Part shown: positions 28,106 to 36,704 of the stretch, in pieces
Numbering within the stretch: the first letter of the stretch is position 1
Layout: the number at the start of each line of letters is the position of its first letter
Assembly: GCA_050258755.1 (NCBI GenBank)
Contig: JBLMZI010000012.1
Location: 38,768 to 102,767 of the forward strand
DNA: 64,000 nucleotides
Reading direction: 5' to 3'
Source of the DNA: Solirubrobacterales bacterium
GTDB taxonomy: Bacteria; Bacillota; Syntrophomonadia; Syntrophomonadales; DTU052
The notes under the pieces: generated by a model
Told to the model about the DNA's origin: nothing
Seen by the model: the letters and a program-made list of their open reading frames with translations, nothing else
The model's database searches: none
Position numbers and translations under genes: made by a program

Positions 28106-29510
28106 GCTTTTCCTTGACCGTGTGATCGCTTTCGTCCTTTTCTGGGGAGTATGGATGCTGGCCCCGCTTTTAATCGACGCTGCGACCGCGGCGATTTATA
28201 TCTCCTTTATGTTCATTTATTCGGACCAGGATGAGGACGTCTCATCGGAGGACGTGACGTACTATCCCAGGATTTCGATCGTCATTCCGATCCATAATTC
28301 GGCGGATACCCTTGGGGCCTGTCTGCAGTCCATCTTTCGCCAAACCTATCCGGTTTCCAATATCCAGATTATCTGTGTCAATAATGGCACGACGGACAAC
28401 AGCTTTGAAATTTACGGCCAGATTCAGCATGATCACCCACACGCCAACCTGACCTGGGTCGATATGGACCGGGCTGGAAAGTCAATCGCGTTGAACGCCG
28501 GATTATACCTGATGAACGGGGAGTATGTCATCAATCTGGACTCGGATGCCTGGCTGGACCGGCGGGCGATCTGGAATGTTGTGGCGGCTTTTGAGAAAGA
28601 CCATGACCTGGTCGCGGCCACCGGTGCGATTCATATCGACAAGGAACTCGGGAAAGGCTCCTCCTTTCTTGACGTTATTCACTACTGCGAAGCGATCGAG
28701 TATCTGGTCGCTTTTCAAATCGGGCGGCGCTACCAGACGTTCACCAATAAACTGTTCACCTTGTCCGGGGCCTTTTCGGTGTTTCGGCGTGATGTCATCC
28801 TGAAAACTTTCCTGTATTCCGAGCGAACCGTATCGGAGGACACTGACCTCACTTTCCATATCCGGAACCAGTCTAAAGGGTCTCGCCTGGCCTGTATTTC
28901 CAATGCGGTCGCCTATGTTGAGCCGATTTCCTCGATGAAGAAGCTGTATTCCCAGCGGGTTCGGTGGCAGCGGGGCCAAATTGAGGTTTCCGCCATGTAT
29001 GGATCGGAGTGGAAAGGGTTCCTGCAGGCCCTGGCCAGCTTTACCGGGCGGATTCTGATCGAGGATCATACCCTGGCCTTTTCCCGGTTGACCTGGACAT
29101 TTTTGGTGCCGTTCATGTATTTTCTGGGTTATCCGCTGCCGCTGGTTTTTGCGGCGATCGGCGGACTGATTCTTTGTTATATGTTCCTGGACGCGCTCTA
29201 TTTTTTAGTTGCTTATCGAGGCGCAAGCAACAGCTACAGGAAGGAACTGAGGCGTATCTGGTGGGTGGTCTTCTTCCTGCCGATTTTCAGATACTTTACC
29301 TATTGGTTCCGGCTCGGGGGGATTGTGTTAACCGTGACGGAAAAGGCCGGATGGGGCGTTACCGACCCGTTCGAGCAGCTGCAAAAGGCCTTTCGAAAGG
29401 ATATCAACCAATTGAAAAAGGAGGTCGCCCGCATTCGGAAGCGGTTGGGCCTGGCTGACCCGGAGCATACCATACACGAACAGCCGCATGGACCGCACCA
29501 CAATGGGTAG
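28098..29510 (+). CDS. Processive family-2 glycosyltransferase (polysaccharide-synthase type, membrane-embedded)
   Basis: N- and C-terminal TM helices, NLDSDAWLD (DxD) and QRVRWQRGQ (QxxRW). The gene overlaps the xrtG end by 8 nt. Confidence 0.85.
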   Translation: MLELFLDRVIAFVLFWGVWMLAPLLIDAATAAIYISFMFIYSDQDEDVSSEDVTYYPRISIVIPIHNSADTLGACLQSIFRQTYPVSNIQIICVNNGTTDNSFEIYGQIQHDHPHANLTWVDMDRAGKSIALNAGLYLMNGEYVINLDSDAWLDRRAIWNVVAAFEKDHDLVAATGAIHIDKELGKGSSFLDVIHYCEAIEYLVAFQIGRRYQTFTNKLFTLSGAFSVFRRDVILKTFLYSERTVSEDTDLTFHIRNQSKGSRLACISNAVAYVEPISSMKKLYSQRVRWQRGQIEVSAMYGSEWKGFLQALASFTGRILIEDHTLAFSRLTWTFLVPFMYFLGYPLPLVFAAIGGLILCYMFLDALYFLVAYRGASNSYRKELRRIWWVVFFLPIFRYFTYWFRLGGIVLTVTEKAGWGVTDPFEQLQKAFRKDINQLKKEVARIRKRLGLADPEHTIHEQPHGPHHNG

Positions 29511-29566
29511 CGGTCCCAATAAACGGGTTGGTCCTTTTACCTGTAATCGTTGGAGGCATTGGAAAT

Positions 29567-30781
29567 ATGATTGACCGTCAACTGGTGGAAACGATGTTCG
29601 AGGCGGCCAGCATGCAGCGCTGGAATGATCACATCCGCCCGCACCGGGGGTTTACTGAGCTGGATAAGCAGGCCCATAAAATCGTTTTCGCTTATGTCAT
29701 TGCCCGAATTGAGGAATCGGACCGCGGAGCGGTGATCGACTGGAAGGCTTTAATCGAAGGCGGTATTTTTGAGTTTTTACATCGGCTTCGGCTGACGGAC
29801 CTGAAGCCGCACGTGTTTCACCAGTTGATGGATCGCAAGCGCGACGAATTGAATCGCTGGGTTCTCGCTGGACTGGAGTCCAGCGCGGGGCAAATCGGGG
29901 GCGGCTTTTTTGAACGGATGAAGGCGTACTGGTTCGAACCGGAAACGTTCCGGCTGGAGCGGCGAATTCTGAAAGCGGCGCATTACCTGGCGACAAACTG
30001 GGAGTTCGAAATCGTATACCGCATGAACGAGCAGCTGACCGGGATCGAGCAGACCCGGGCCGCCATCGGGAATGAGATCGAGGAGCATTATGATCTGGCC
30101 GGTGTTCAAAAAATCTCGCTGGGGAAGAAAACCCACCAGTTTCTGGACCTGATCGGCCAAATGCGGTTCCAGCAGCGCTGGGCGCAGACGCCGCGGGTGC
30201 CGGAAACCTCGGTTCTGGGTCATATGCTGCTGGTGGCGGTGCTGTCCTATCTGGTCTCGCTGGAACTCGGGGCGTGTGAAAAGCGGCTTTATCACAATTT
30301 CTTCGGGGGCTTGTTTCACGATCTGCCCGAAGTTCTGACCCGGGATATCATCTCGCCGGTCAAAGGCTCGGTGGAGGGGCTGGATGAGATTATTAAGGAA
30401 ATCGAGCGGCGGGAGCTGGAAGAAAAGGTTTTGCCGCTGCTGCCCGAGTCATGGCGTCCTGAAATGCGTTACTTCGTAGCTGATGAATTCGCCAGCCGGA
30501 TTCGCCGGGAAGACGGCACGGTTCAGCATTGCTCCTCGGATGAGATTCAAGCCAGTTACAACGAAGATCGGTATCTTCCGATCGATGGTGAGATTATCCG
30601 GGCCTGTGACAAGTTTGCAGCCTTTGTCGAGGCCTCGCTGTCGATTCACTATGGGATTAAGTCCCCGCCTTTGTTGGATGGCGTCCGCAGCGGCTATGAG
30701 CGCTTTGCGTCGGCCAGCCCTGCCGGATATGCTTTCCGCGCGCTTTATGACGCGCTTCGCCCGGAGCCGAGCCAAATGTAG
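29567..30781 (+). CDS. HD-domain phosphohydrolase (YfbR-like N-terminus with an extended C-terminal region)
   Basis: ASMQRWNDH..., HMLLVAV and LFHDLPEVLTRD (the H...HD motif). The ATG at 29567 is preferred, with GGAGG 10 nt upstream; the track ORF starts at 29528. Confidence 0.7.
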   Translation: MIDRQLVETMFEAASMQRWNDHIRPHRGFTELDKQAHKIVFAYVIARIEESDRGAVIDWKALIEGGIFEFLHRLRLTDLKPHVFHQLMDRKRDELNRWVLAGLESSAGQIGGGFFERMKAYWFEPETFRLERRILKAAHYLATNWEFEIVYRMNEQLTGIEQTRAAIGNEIEEHYDLAGVQKISLGKKTHQFLDLIGQMRFQQRWAQTPRVPETSVLGHMLLVAVLSYLVSLELGACEKRLYHNFFGGLFHDLPEVLTRDIISPVKGSVEGLDEIIKEIERRELEEKVLPLLPESWRPEMRYFVADEFASRIRREDGTVQHCSSDEIQASYNEDRYLPIDGEIIRACDKFAAFVEASLSIHYGIKSPPLLDGVRSGYERFASASPAGYAFRALYDALRPEPSQM

Positions 30782-30880
30782 CCGCGCATTGAGCGCGTAT
30801 CGGCTCTGGCGTCATCGTTTTTCCTCGAATACGGGTAAAATAAGGGTAAACGTTCTGGGCGCTTAAGAAAGCACTGCAGG

Positions 30881-30907
30881 GCGGTCTGCGGTCAAAGACC
30901 GTTTTTT
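30881..30907 (+). terminator. Intrinsic terminator after the HD gene
   Basis: CGGTCT-GCGGTCAA-AGACCG followed by T6. Confidence 0.6.
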
Positions 30908-30953
30908 GCGTGAGCAGATGAAACCAAAGACATGGCAGAGGGAGGTTTTTATC

Positions 30954-31166
30954 ATGACGGCAAAAGTTGAGAAGCTCAATGTGGAAGGGATGTCCTGCGG
31001 CCACTGCGAAGCCAGTGTGAAAAAGGCGGTTGGCGCCCTGGCGGGCGTGGACGAGGTGGATGTGGACCTGAAAGGGAAATCGGTCTCGGTGAAGTTTGAC
31101 CCGGAAAAAGTTTCATTGAACGCGATCAAGGAGGCCATCGAAGAACAGGGTTACGACGTTAAATAA
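30954..31166 (+). CDS. copZ: Copper chaperone CopZ (single HMA domain)
   Basis: MTAKVEKLNVEGMSCGHCEASVKKAV.... SD GAGGGAGG lies before the ATG at 30954; the track ORF starts at 30906. Confidence 0.9.
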   Translation: MTAKVEKLNVEGMSCGHCEASVKKAVGALAGVDEVDVDLKGKSVSVKFDPEKVSLNAIKEAIEEQGYDVK

Positions 31167-31205
31167 GGCTGATCGGTCTTTGCGGGAATCAAATCATAAA
31201 CGACG

Positions 31206-31235
31206 ATGAAGGCGCCAAGGCGCCTTCATTTTTTT
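31206..31235 (+). terminator. Intrinsic terminator of copZ
   Basis: 10-bp stem ATGAAGGCGC/GCGCCTTCAT followed by T7. Confidence 0.85.
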
Positions 31236-31276
31236 GCCCCGCAGGCCGCGGCATGGCGAACAGATGGGAAGGACGC

Positions 31277-31487
31277 GGGGAAAGGCGTTTGGTACCTGGG
31301 CCCCGCCCCGACGCCTATACTTCTCCGGCTTACTTCGGGTTGCAGAACCAACCTGGGACACCCGGCGTCCTTGCCGGGTCCCAGGAAACCGGCATCCATG
31401 CCGGTCTGAACCTGCAACGGTTCCGAAAGCCTCACCGGGAAGTATGACGGCGCCGGGGCGGGGCCCAGGTACCGAACGCCTTTCCCC
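31277..31487. other. 211-nt near-perfect extended inverted repeat / branched hairpin of unknown function (structured RNA or MITE-like element)
   Basis: 34-nt arms at 31277-31310 and 31454-31487 are complementary at 33 positions plus one T-G. Pairing continues inward (4, 7, 4, 6 and 7 bp segments) to a junction bearing two hairpins (31352-31385; 31388-31405 with a TCCA loop). There is no credible CDS. Confidence 0.6.
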
Positions 31488-31532
31488 ACTGGGCATACCT
31501 ATGGGCGGAATCCGCCTCGTGTGATGCTGTTG

Positions 31533-31725
31533 TGCATTGGCGAAACCCGAGGCGCTGCAGTCGTGGGAATTAGATAATGCAATGGCGCATCGATCCGACT
31601 GGAGCGGCAGAGTGTAATAATGCCAGGGAAAACGGAATGCAATGGGATGAGACGAACTGGCTTGCCGCGGCCATCACAGGCTGATCGATGCAACAATGCA
31701 TCAACAAACAATGCCAAAACGCATT
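31533..31725. promoter_or_regulatory. Candidate upstream activator sequences for the sigma-54 promoter
   Basis: TGCAWTGGSR at 31533, 31578 and 31638. Palindrome GATGCA-ACAA-TGCATC at 31687-31702. AATGC-N6-GCATT at 31710-31725. All lie 100-290 bp upstream of the -24 element. Confidence 0.4.
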
Positions 31726-31822
31726 AAAGAAGACGAAAGGCGATCACCCGGAGGCGAGGGGGCGACCAAGAATTCAGACAATTTAGGCATATTTCGCCCG
31801 TTTACTGTGCCACAGAAAATCT

Positions 31823-31838
31823 TGGCACGGGTTTTGCA
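31823..31838 (+). promoter_or_regulatory. Sigma-54 (-24/-12) promoter
   Basis: TGGCAC-GGGTT-TTGCA matches the consensus TGGCAC-N5-TTGCW exactly. It faces the acyl-CoA dehydrogenase operon, and a bEBP gene lies at the end of that operon. Confidence 0.8.
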
Positions 31839-32171
31839 TTTTAAGTTTGCGGGAGACCGAACCCCTTCAATATCCTTCATGCGGCGGGGCAAATGGCCCA
31901 GATACTGCTCTGATGTGGCATGGCAGGCCGTGCGCGCAGAGCAGTATTCCCTCTCTTTTCGGGGCCGCGCAGGGGGCCGGTGGGAAAACAGGGGGAACGA
32001 CCGGGAGAGCAATCATTTCGGGCAGCACCATCAGCAGCAGACAAGAGCGAACACGTTTGAGGAGGCAGGAACCATGAGCTGCAAGGTAAGCCAGGGCTAC
32101 GGGTAGCCATAGAATGCTGGAAGCGTTGGTTTCAAATTGGTCTTTAGACCGTGAAAAAAGGGGGTTATCAC

Positions 32172-34004
32172 ATGGCGCACAATCAGTATCTGTTAAACAC
32201 CCGTGACATCAAGTTCGTGATCAAAGAATGGCTTCCCATGGATCAGCTTTTGTCACTGGATGCTTATAAGGACTACTACGGCATCGATGATATCGACAAT
32301 TTTCTCAGTGTGAACTATAAGGTCTGCCGTGATGTGATTTGTCCGGCCAATAAAGATGCCGACGAAATCGGCTGTACTTATGTTGGGGGCAATGAGCACG
32401 CTGTCATAACGCCTGATTCCTTCAAATCTGTGTACAAGACGGTCATGGATGCCGAGTTGGGACCCCAGTTCGGCTTCCGCGGCGAGGGGAAGATGCCCCT
32501 GTCCTGGTATGCGCCGATTCTGGAAATGCAGTCCGCCGCATCCGCGGGTATCGTTATGTTTTGGTGTCTGACGCAGGGCGCCACCACGGTGCTCCAGGAA
32601 TTCGGCACGCAAACGCAGCAAGACCGGTTCCTGCCTAAGATGTACACCGGTGAATGGGGAGGGACGATGGGCCTGACCGAACCAGGCGCGGGATCCGAGG
32701 TCGGCGCGTGCGCCAGCAAGGCCTACCCCACCGAGACGCCCGGCCTGTATAAGCTGAAAGGCCAGAAATGCTTTATCACCTCCGGTGACCATGACCTGGC
32801 GGAAAATATTATTCACCTGATGCTGGCCAAAACTCCGGGCGCGCAAGAAGGCACCGCCGGCATTTCGCTGTTCATCGTGCCCAAGTTCTGGGTAAACGAA
32901 GATGGCTCTATGGGTGCATGGAATGACGTAACCTCCGTGGGCATCGAGCACAAGCTGGGCATCCACGGTTCGTCCACCCTGACCTTGTCCATGGGCGAAA
33001 ACGACAACTGCTACGGCTGGATGGTCGGTGATGTGGAAGTAAAAGATGGCCGCGGCAAAGGGATGCCGCAGATGTTCGCTTATATGAACGAAGAGCGTCT
33101 GAATACGGGTTTGTTCACCCTGGGATGCATCACTTCGGCGTACTATGCGGCGCTGGAATACACCAAGGTCCGCGTCCAGAGCAAGAAATCGACTGATCCT
33201 AAAGGCCCCAGTGTAAGGATCATTGAACATGAAGATGTCCGCCGGATGCTGTTGTACCAGAAGGCCGGAATGGAAGCCATCCGGGCTTTGATCTACACCT
33301 CCTATTTTTTCCGCGACCTGGCCGTCGATGCGGCCACGCCGGAAGCGAGAAAATACTACGATGACATGTTCGCGATCAACAACCCACTGTGTAAGGCCTA
33401 TTCATCGGACATGGCCAGGCTGCTCACCGGGGAGTCGATTCAATGCCACGGCGGCTACGGATTCATGGAAGAGTACGCCTCGGCTCAATTGTACCGGGAT
33501 TGTGTGATCCACGGCATCTGGGAAGGCACCAATTTTATCCAGTCCCAGGATTTTTCCGGACGCAAGTTCACCATGGACGGGGGGGAACCGTTCAAGAAAT
33601 GGGTCGCCGAAATCGATGACTTCGTCACCAACGAGAAGACGGCCGAATTCGCGGCGGAATTTGCCATGTTGGCGGAGGCAATGACTGCTTTCAAGCGCAT
33701 TGTCGATATGAATGCCGCCTGGACCGCCGGTGATAAGCAAATGAAACAGCTTTTCGCCACTCGGACCCTGCATTCGGCCGCAAGGGTCTACTGCGGCAAG
33801 CTTTTGCTCTCCCAGGCCTTGCTGGCGGCTAAGAGGCTGGCCGAGCAGGGCGAAGACCACTTCGACGCCGATTTCTATAGAGGCAAGATCGCCAGTGCCA
33901 GGTTCTATGTCATGAACCATGTTACTGATGTCTTCGGGTTCGAGAAGGCCATGAAGGCCGGCGACCGGAGCGCCATCGATGTTCCAGAAAGCGCTCTGCT
34001 GTAA
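32172..34004 (+). CDS. Long-form acyl-CoA dehydrogenase (about 610 aa, with a C-terminal extension domain)
   Basis: ACAD-type motifs GLTEPGAGSE, CFITSGDHD and IWEGTNFIQ. SD AAGGGGG lies before the ATG at 32172. Confidence 0.9.
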   Translation: MAHNQYLLNTRDIKFVIKEWLPMDQLLSLDAYKDYYGIDDIDNFLSVNYKVCRDVICPANKDADEIGCTYVGGNEHAVITPDSFKSVYKTVMDAELGPQFGFRGEGKMPLSWYAPILEMQSAASAGIVMFWCLTQGATTVLQEFGTQTQQDRFLPKMYTGEWGGTMGLTEPGAGSEVGACASKAYPTETPGLYKLKGQKCFITSGDHDLAENIIHLMLAKTPGAQEGTAGISLFIVPKFWVNEDGSMGAWNDVTSVGIEHKLGIHGSSTLTLSMGENDNCYGWMVGDVEVKDGRGKGMPQMFAYMNEERLNTGLFTLGCITSAYYAALEYTKVRVQSKKSTDPKGPSVRIIEHEDVRRMLLYQKAGMEAIRALIYTSYFFRDLAVDAATPEARKYYDDMFAINNPLCKAYSSDMARLLTGESIQCHGGYGFMEEYASAQLYRDCVIHGIWEGTNFIQSQDFSGRKFTMDGGEPFKKWVAEIDDFVTNEKTAEFAAEFAMLAEAMTAFKRIVDMNAAWTAGDKQMKQLFATRTLHSAARVYCGKLLLSQALLAAKRLAEQGEDHFDADFYRGKIASARFYVMNHVTDVFGFEKAMKAGDRSAIDVPESALL

Positions 34005-34049
34005 GTGGGGTACATTGCGGAAAGTGAAAAGAATGGGAGGGTTTGAATC

Positions 34050-35228
34050 ATGAGAGACGCTGTGATCGTAAGCGCATGCCGCACCCCGGTCGGGAATTTT
34101 GGCGGCAGTTTGAAAGATATACCGGCTCGGAAGCTCGGTGCGGCAGTTATCGCGGAAGCCTTGAAACGGGCCGGCGTCAGCCCTGAGCAGGTGGATGAGG
34201 TCATCTTCGGCTGTGTGCTGCAGGGTGGACTGGGGCAGAACGTTTCGCGCCAGTGTGCGCTGGATGCCGGGCTGCCGGTCGAGGTGCCGACCTTTACCAT
34301 CAATAAGGTCTGCGGATCGGGATTAAAGGCGGTGGAACTGGCGGCACAAGCCATTCGGGCCGGGGATGCCGACATCATCGTCGCGGGCGGAACCGAAAAC
34401 ATGTCCGCCGCTTACTACGCCTTGGATAACGCTCGATGGGGGTACCGGATGGGCAATGTGCCAATGATTGATTTGATGATCAAAGACGGCCTGTGGTGCG
34501 CATTCAATAACTATCACATGGGCGTCACCGCCGAGAATATCAACGAGAAGTGGGGCAATACCCGCGAGGAACAGGACGGGTTCGCGCTGCGGAGCCAAAT
34601 CCGCGCGGCTGAAGCCTCCAAAGCCGGGCGCTTCATGGAAGAGATCGTTCCGGTGATGGTTAAGACAAAAAAAGGCGAGGCGGTTTTCGACCAGGATGAA
34701 TACATCAAGACCGATGCAACCGCCGAGGGACTGGCGAAGCTGAAACCGGCGTTCAAGAAAGACGGCTCGGTGACCGCCGGCAATGCTTCCGGGATCAATG
34801 ACGCTGCCGCCGCGGTGGTGGTCATGTCCGCGGAAAAGGCGAAGGAACTGGGAGTTAAGCCGATGGTCCGCATCGCCGCCTATGCATCAGCGGGCGTTGA
34901 CCCGGCCATCATGGGAATCGGGCCCTGGCCGGCCTCGATGAAGGCCCTGGACAAAGCCGGACTGACGATTGAAGATATCGATCTAATTGAGGCCAATGAA
35001 GCGTTTGCGGCGCAATCGCTCGCGGTCGGCAAAGAACTGAACTTTGACATGGAAAAGGTGAATGTCAATGGCGGTGCGATTGCGATCGGGCATCCGATCG
35101 GCGCCTCCGGCTGCCGGATCCTGGTATCCCTGTTGTACGAAATGAAACGGCGCAAGGTCAAGCGCGGGCTGGCCACCCTGTGTATCGGCGGCGGAATGGG
35201 GACCGCGCTGGTGGTTGAATTGCCATAG
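34050..35228 (+). CDS. Acetyl-CoA C-acetyltransferase (thiolase II)
   Basis: [41 protein letters not shown] and CIGGGMG. Confidence 0.95.
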   Translation: MRDAVIVSACRTPVGNFGGSLKDIPARKLGAAVIAEALKRAGVSPEQVDEVIFGCVLQGGLGQNVSRQCALDAGLPVEVPTFTINKVCGSGLKAVELAAQAIRAGDADIIVAGGTENMSAAYYALDNARWGYRMGNVPMIDLMIKDGLWCAFNNYHMGVTAENINEKWGNTREEQDGFALRSQIRAAEASKAGRFMEEIVPVMVKTKKGEAVFDQDEYIKTDATAEGLAKLKPAFKKDGSVTAGNASGINDAAAAVVVMSAEKAKELGVKPMVRIAAYASAGVDPAIMGIGPWPASMKALDKAGLTIEDIDLIEANEAFAAQSLAVGKELNFDMEKVNVNGGAIAIGHPIGASGCRILVSLLYEMKRRKVKRGLATLCIGGGMGTALVVELP

Positions 35229-35269
35229 AGGGAATCACGTTCGTAAAGTTTTGAAGGGGGTTGATCAGA

Positions 35270-36610
35270 ATGACGACATACCGTAACGAATACGAGCAAA
35301 AGCGAATCACGGCCGATGAGGCGGCCAAACTGGTCAAATCGAACGATTGGGTGGAATACAGCCACTTTGCGATGGCTCCCAGGGCGCTTGACGAAGCGCT
35401 GGCGAAACGGGTCAATGAATTGAACAATGTCCGGATTCGGGCCTGCACCACCCTGTTTGTCCCGAAAACGGTCGAGGCTGATCCGGAACGGAAACACTTT
35501 ATCTACGGCAGTTGGCATTTTTCCGGCGCGGAACGGAAGCTTCATGACAAAGGGCTGTGCAACTATTTCCCGTTCCTGTTCCACGAAGCGCCCAGACTGT
35601 ATCGGAATTACGAGGAGCCCGACGTTGCCTTTATCACGGTCACCCCGATGGACGAACACGGTTTCTTCAATTTCGGGACCTCGAACGATTTCACCCGTGC
35701 GATGGCAGACAAGTCGAAGCTGGTCGTGGTCGAGGTGAACGATCAAGCGCCGTTCTGTCCGGGCGGAATTAACGAGTCGATTCACATTTCCGCAGTGGAT
35801 TACATCGTTGAATCCAGCTGGAAGATGCCGGAGATTCCGAATCCGGTGGTCAGCGAGACCGACCGGCGGATCGCCCGGCTGGTGCTGGACGAGATCGAAG
35901 ACGGGGCATGCCTTCAGTTGGGGATCGGGGCGATGCCCAACGCGGTCGGCGCCATGATCGCCGCTTCAGACTTGAAGAACCTGGGTGTGCACACCGAGAT
36001 GCTGGTGGATTCCTATGTCGATATGTACGAAGCAGGGCGGGTCACCGGGCTGAACAAAACCATCGACCGGGGCAAGATGGTGTATACTTTCGCGATGGGC
36101 ACGAACAAACTTTACGAATTCCTGGCCCACAACCCGGTTTGTGCATCCTACGATGTCGAGTACACCAATGACCCGAACCGCATCTGCCAGAATGACAAAG
36201 TGGTTGCGGTCAACAATGCGGTGGAAGTCGACCTGTACGGGCAGATCTGTTCCGAGTCTTCGGGAACCCGTCACATTTCCGGAACCGGCGGGCAATTTGA
36301 CTTTATCTTCGGCGCGTTCCATTCCCGGGGCGGCAAAGGCTTGATCTGCCTGAGCTCGACCTATACCGATCACTTTGGCCATCCGGCTTCCCGGATCAAA
36401 CCGATTCTGACGCCGGGGGCGATTGTAACAGTGCCGCGCACCGTTGTGGAATTTGTCATCACCGAATATGGGAAAGCGATTCTGAAAGGGAAATCGACCT
36501 GGGAACGTGCTGAATCCCTGATTGCGATCGCCGATCCCCGGTTCCAGGATCACCTGGTCCGGGAGGCTGAAGCGATGGGAATCTGGCTGAGAACCAATAA
36601 AATTGCCTGA
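35270..36610 (+). CDS. Acetyl-CoA hydrolase/transferase-family CoA-transferase (butyryl-CoA:acetate / 4-hydroxybutyrate CoA-transferase-like)
   Basis: 446 aa with family-typical LQLGIGAMPNAV and GTGGQFDF segments. SD GAAGGGGG upstream. Confidence 0.85.
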   Translation: MTTYRNEYEQKRITADEAAKLVKSNDWVEYSHFAMAPRALDEALAKRVNELNNVRIRACTTLFVPKTVEADPERKHFIYGSWHFSGAERKLHDKGLCNYFPFLFHEAPRLYRNYEEPDVAFITVTPMDEHGFFNFGTSNDFTRAMADKSKLVVVEVNDQAPFCPGGINESIHISAVDYIVESSWKMPEIPNPVVSETDRRIARLVLDEIEDGACLQLGIGAMPNAVGAMIAASDLKNLGVHTEMLVDSYVDMYEAGRVTGLNKTIDRGKMVYTFAMGTNKLYEFLAHNPVCASYDVEYTNDPNRICQNDKVVAVNNAVEVDLYGQICSESSGTRHISGTGGQFDFIFGAFHSRGGKGLICLSSTYTDHFGHPASRIKPILTPGAIVTVPRTVVEFVITEYGKAILKGKSTWERAESLIAIADPRFQDHLVREAEAMGIWLRTNKIA

Positions 36611-36704
36611 TATTCACGATACATCCACGCCTTCCCCTTGCAAGCGGCTGGTCTGGGCTTAAAGCCCGGCTGGCCGTGCTGCTTTTCAGGATTCATGCGG
36701 GACG

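Noticed and set aside
30954-31166. copZ as part of a cop operon with copA
   Set aside because: copA is 11 kb away on the opposite strand, behind a different (sigma-54) promoter. copZ has its own terminator, and no CsoR/CopY gene or obvious operator was seen. It is treated as a stand-alone gene.
31277-31487. Identification of the long hairpin as SRP RNA, 6S RNA, RNase P RNA, tmRNA or a cobalamin riboswitch
   Set aside because: I could not find the conserved cores: the SRP helix-8 GNAR and symmetric loops, the RNase P GAGGAAAGUCC, the tmRNA tag ORF, or a B12 box. A 34-bp perfect helix is also uncharacteristic of those RNAs.
31194-31524. Five overlapping 64-100-aa ORFs on both strands
   Set aside because: They mirror each other because the DNA is a GC-rich palindrome. 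The translations are Arg/Pro/Gly-rich junk with no SD. The hairpin is the real signal.
32253-33230. 325-aa antisense ORF. Similar long antisense ORFs occur at 34880-35785, 36825-37736, 42825-43727, 43761-44528, 48041-48874, 54446-55222 and 55717-56349.
   Set aside because: Each lies opposite a gene with an unmistakable family signature (ACAD, thiolase/CoA-transferase, bEBP, CopA, MetY, ThiF, ThiI). Long antisense frames are expected at this GC content.
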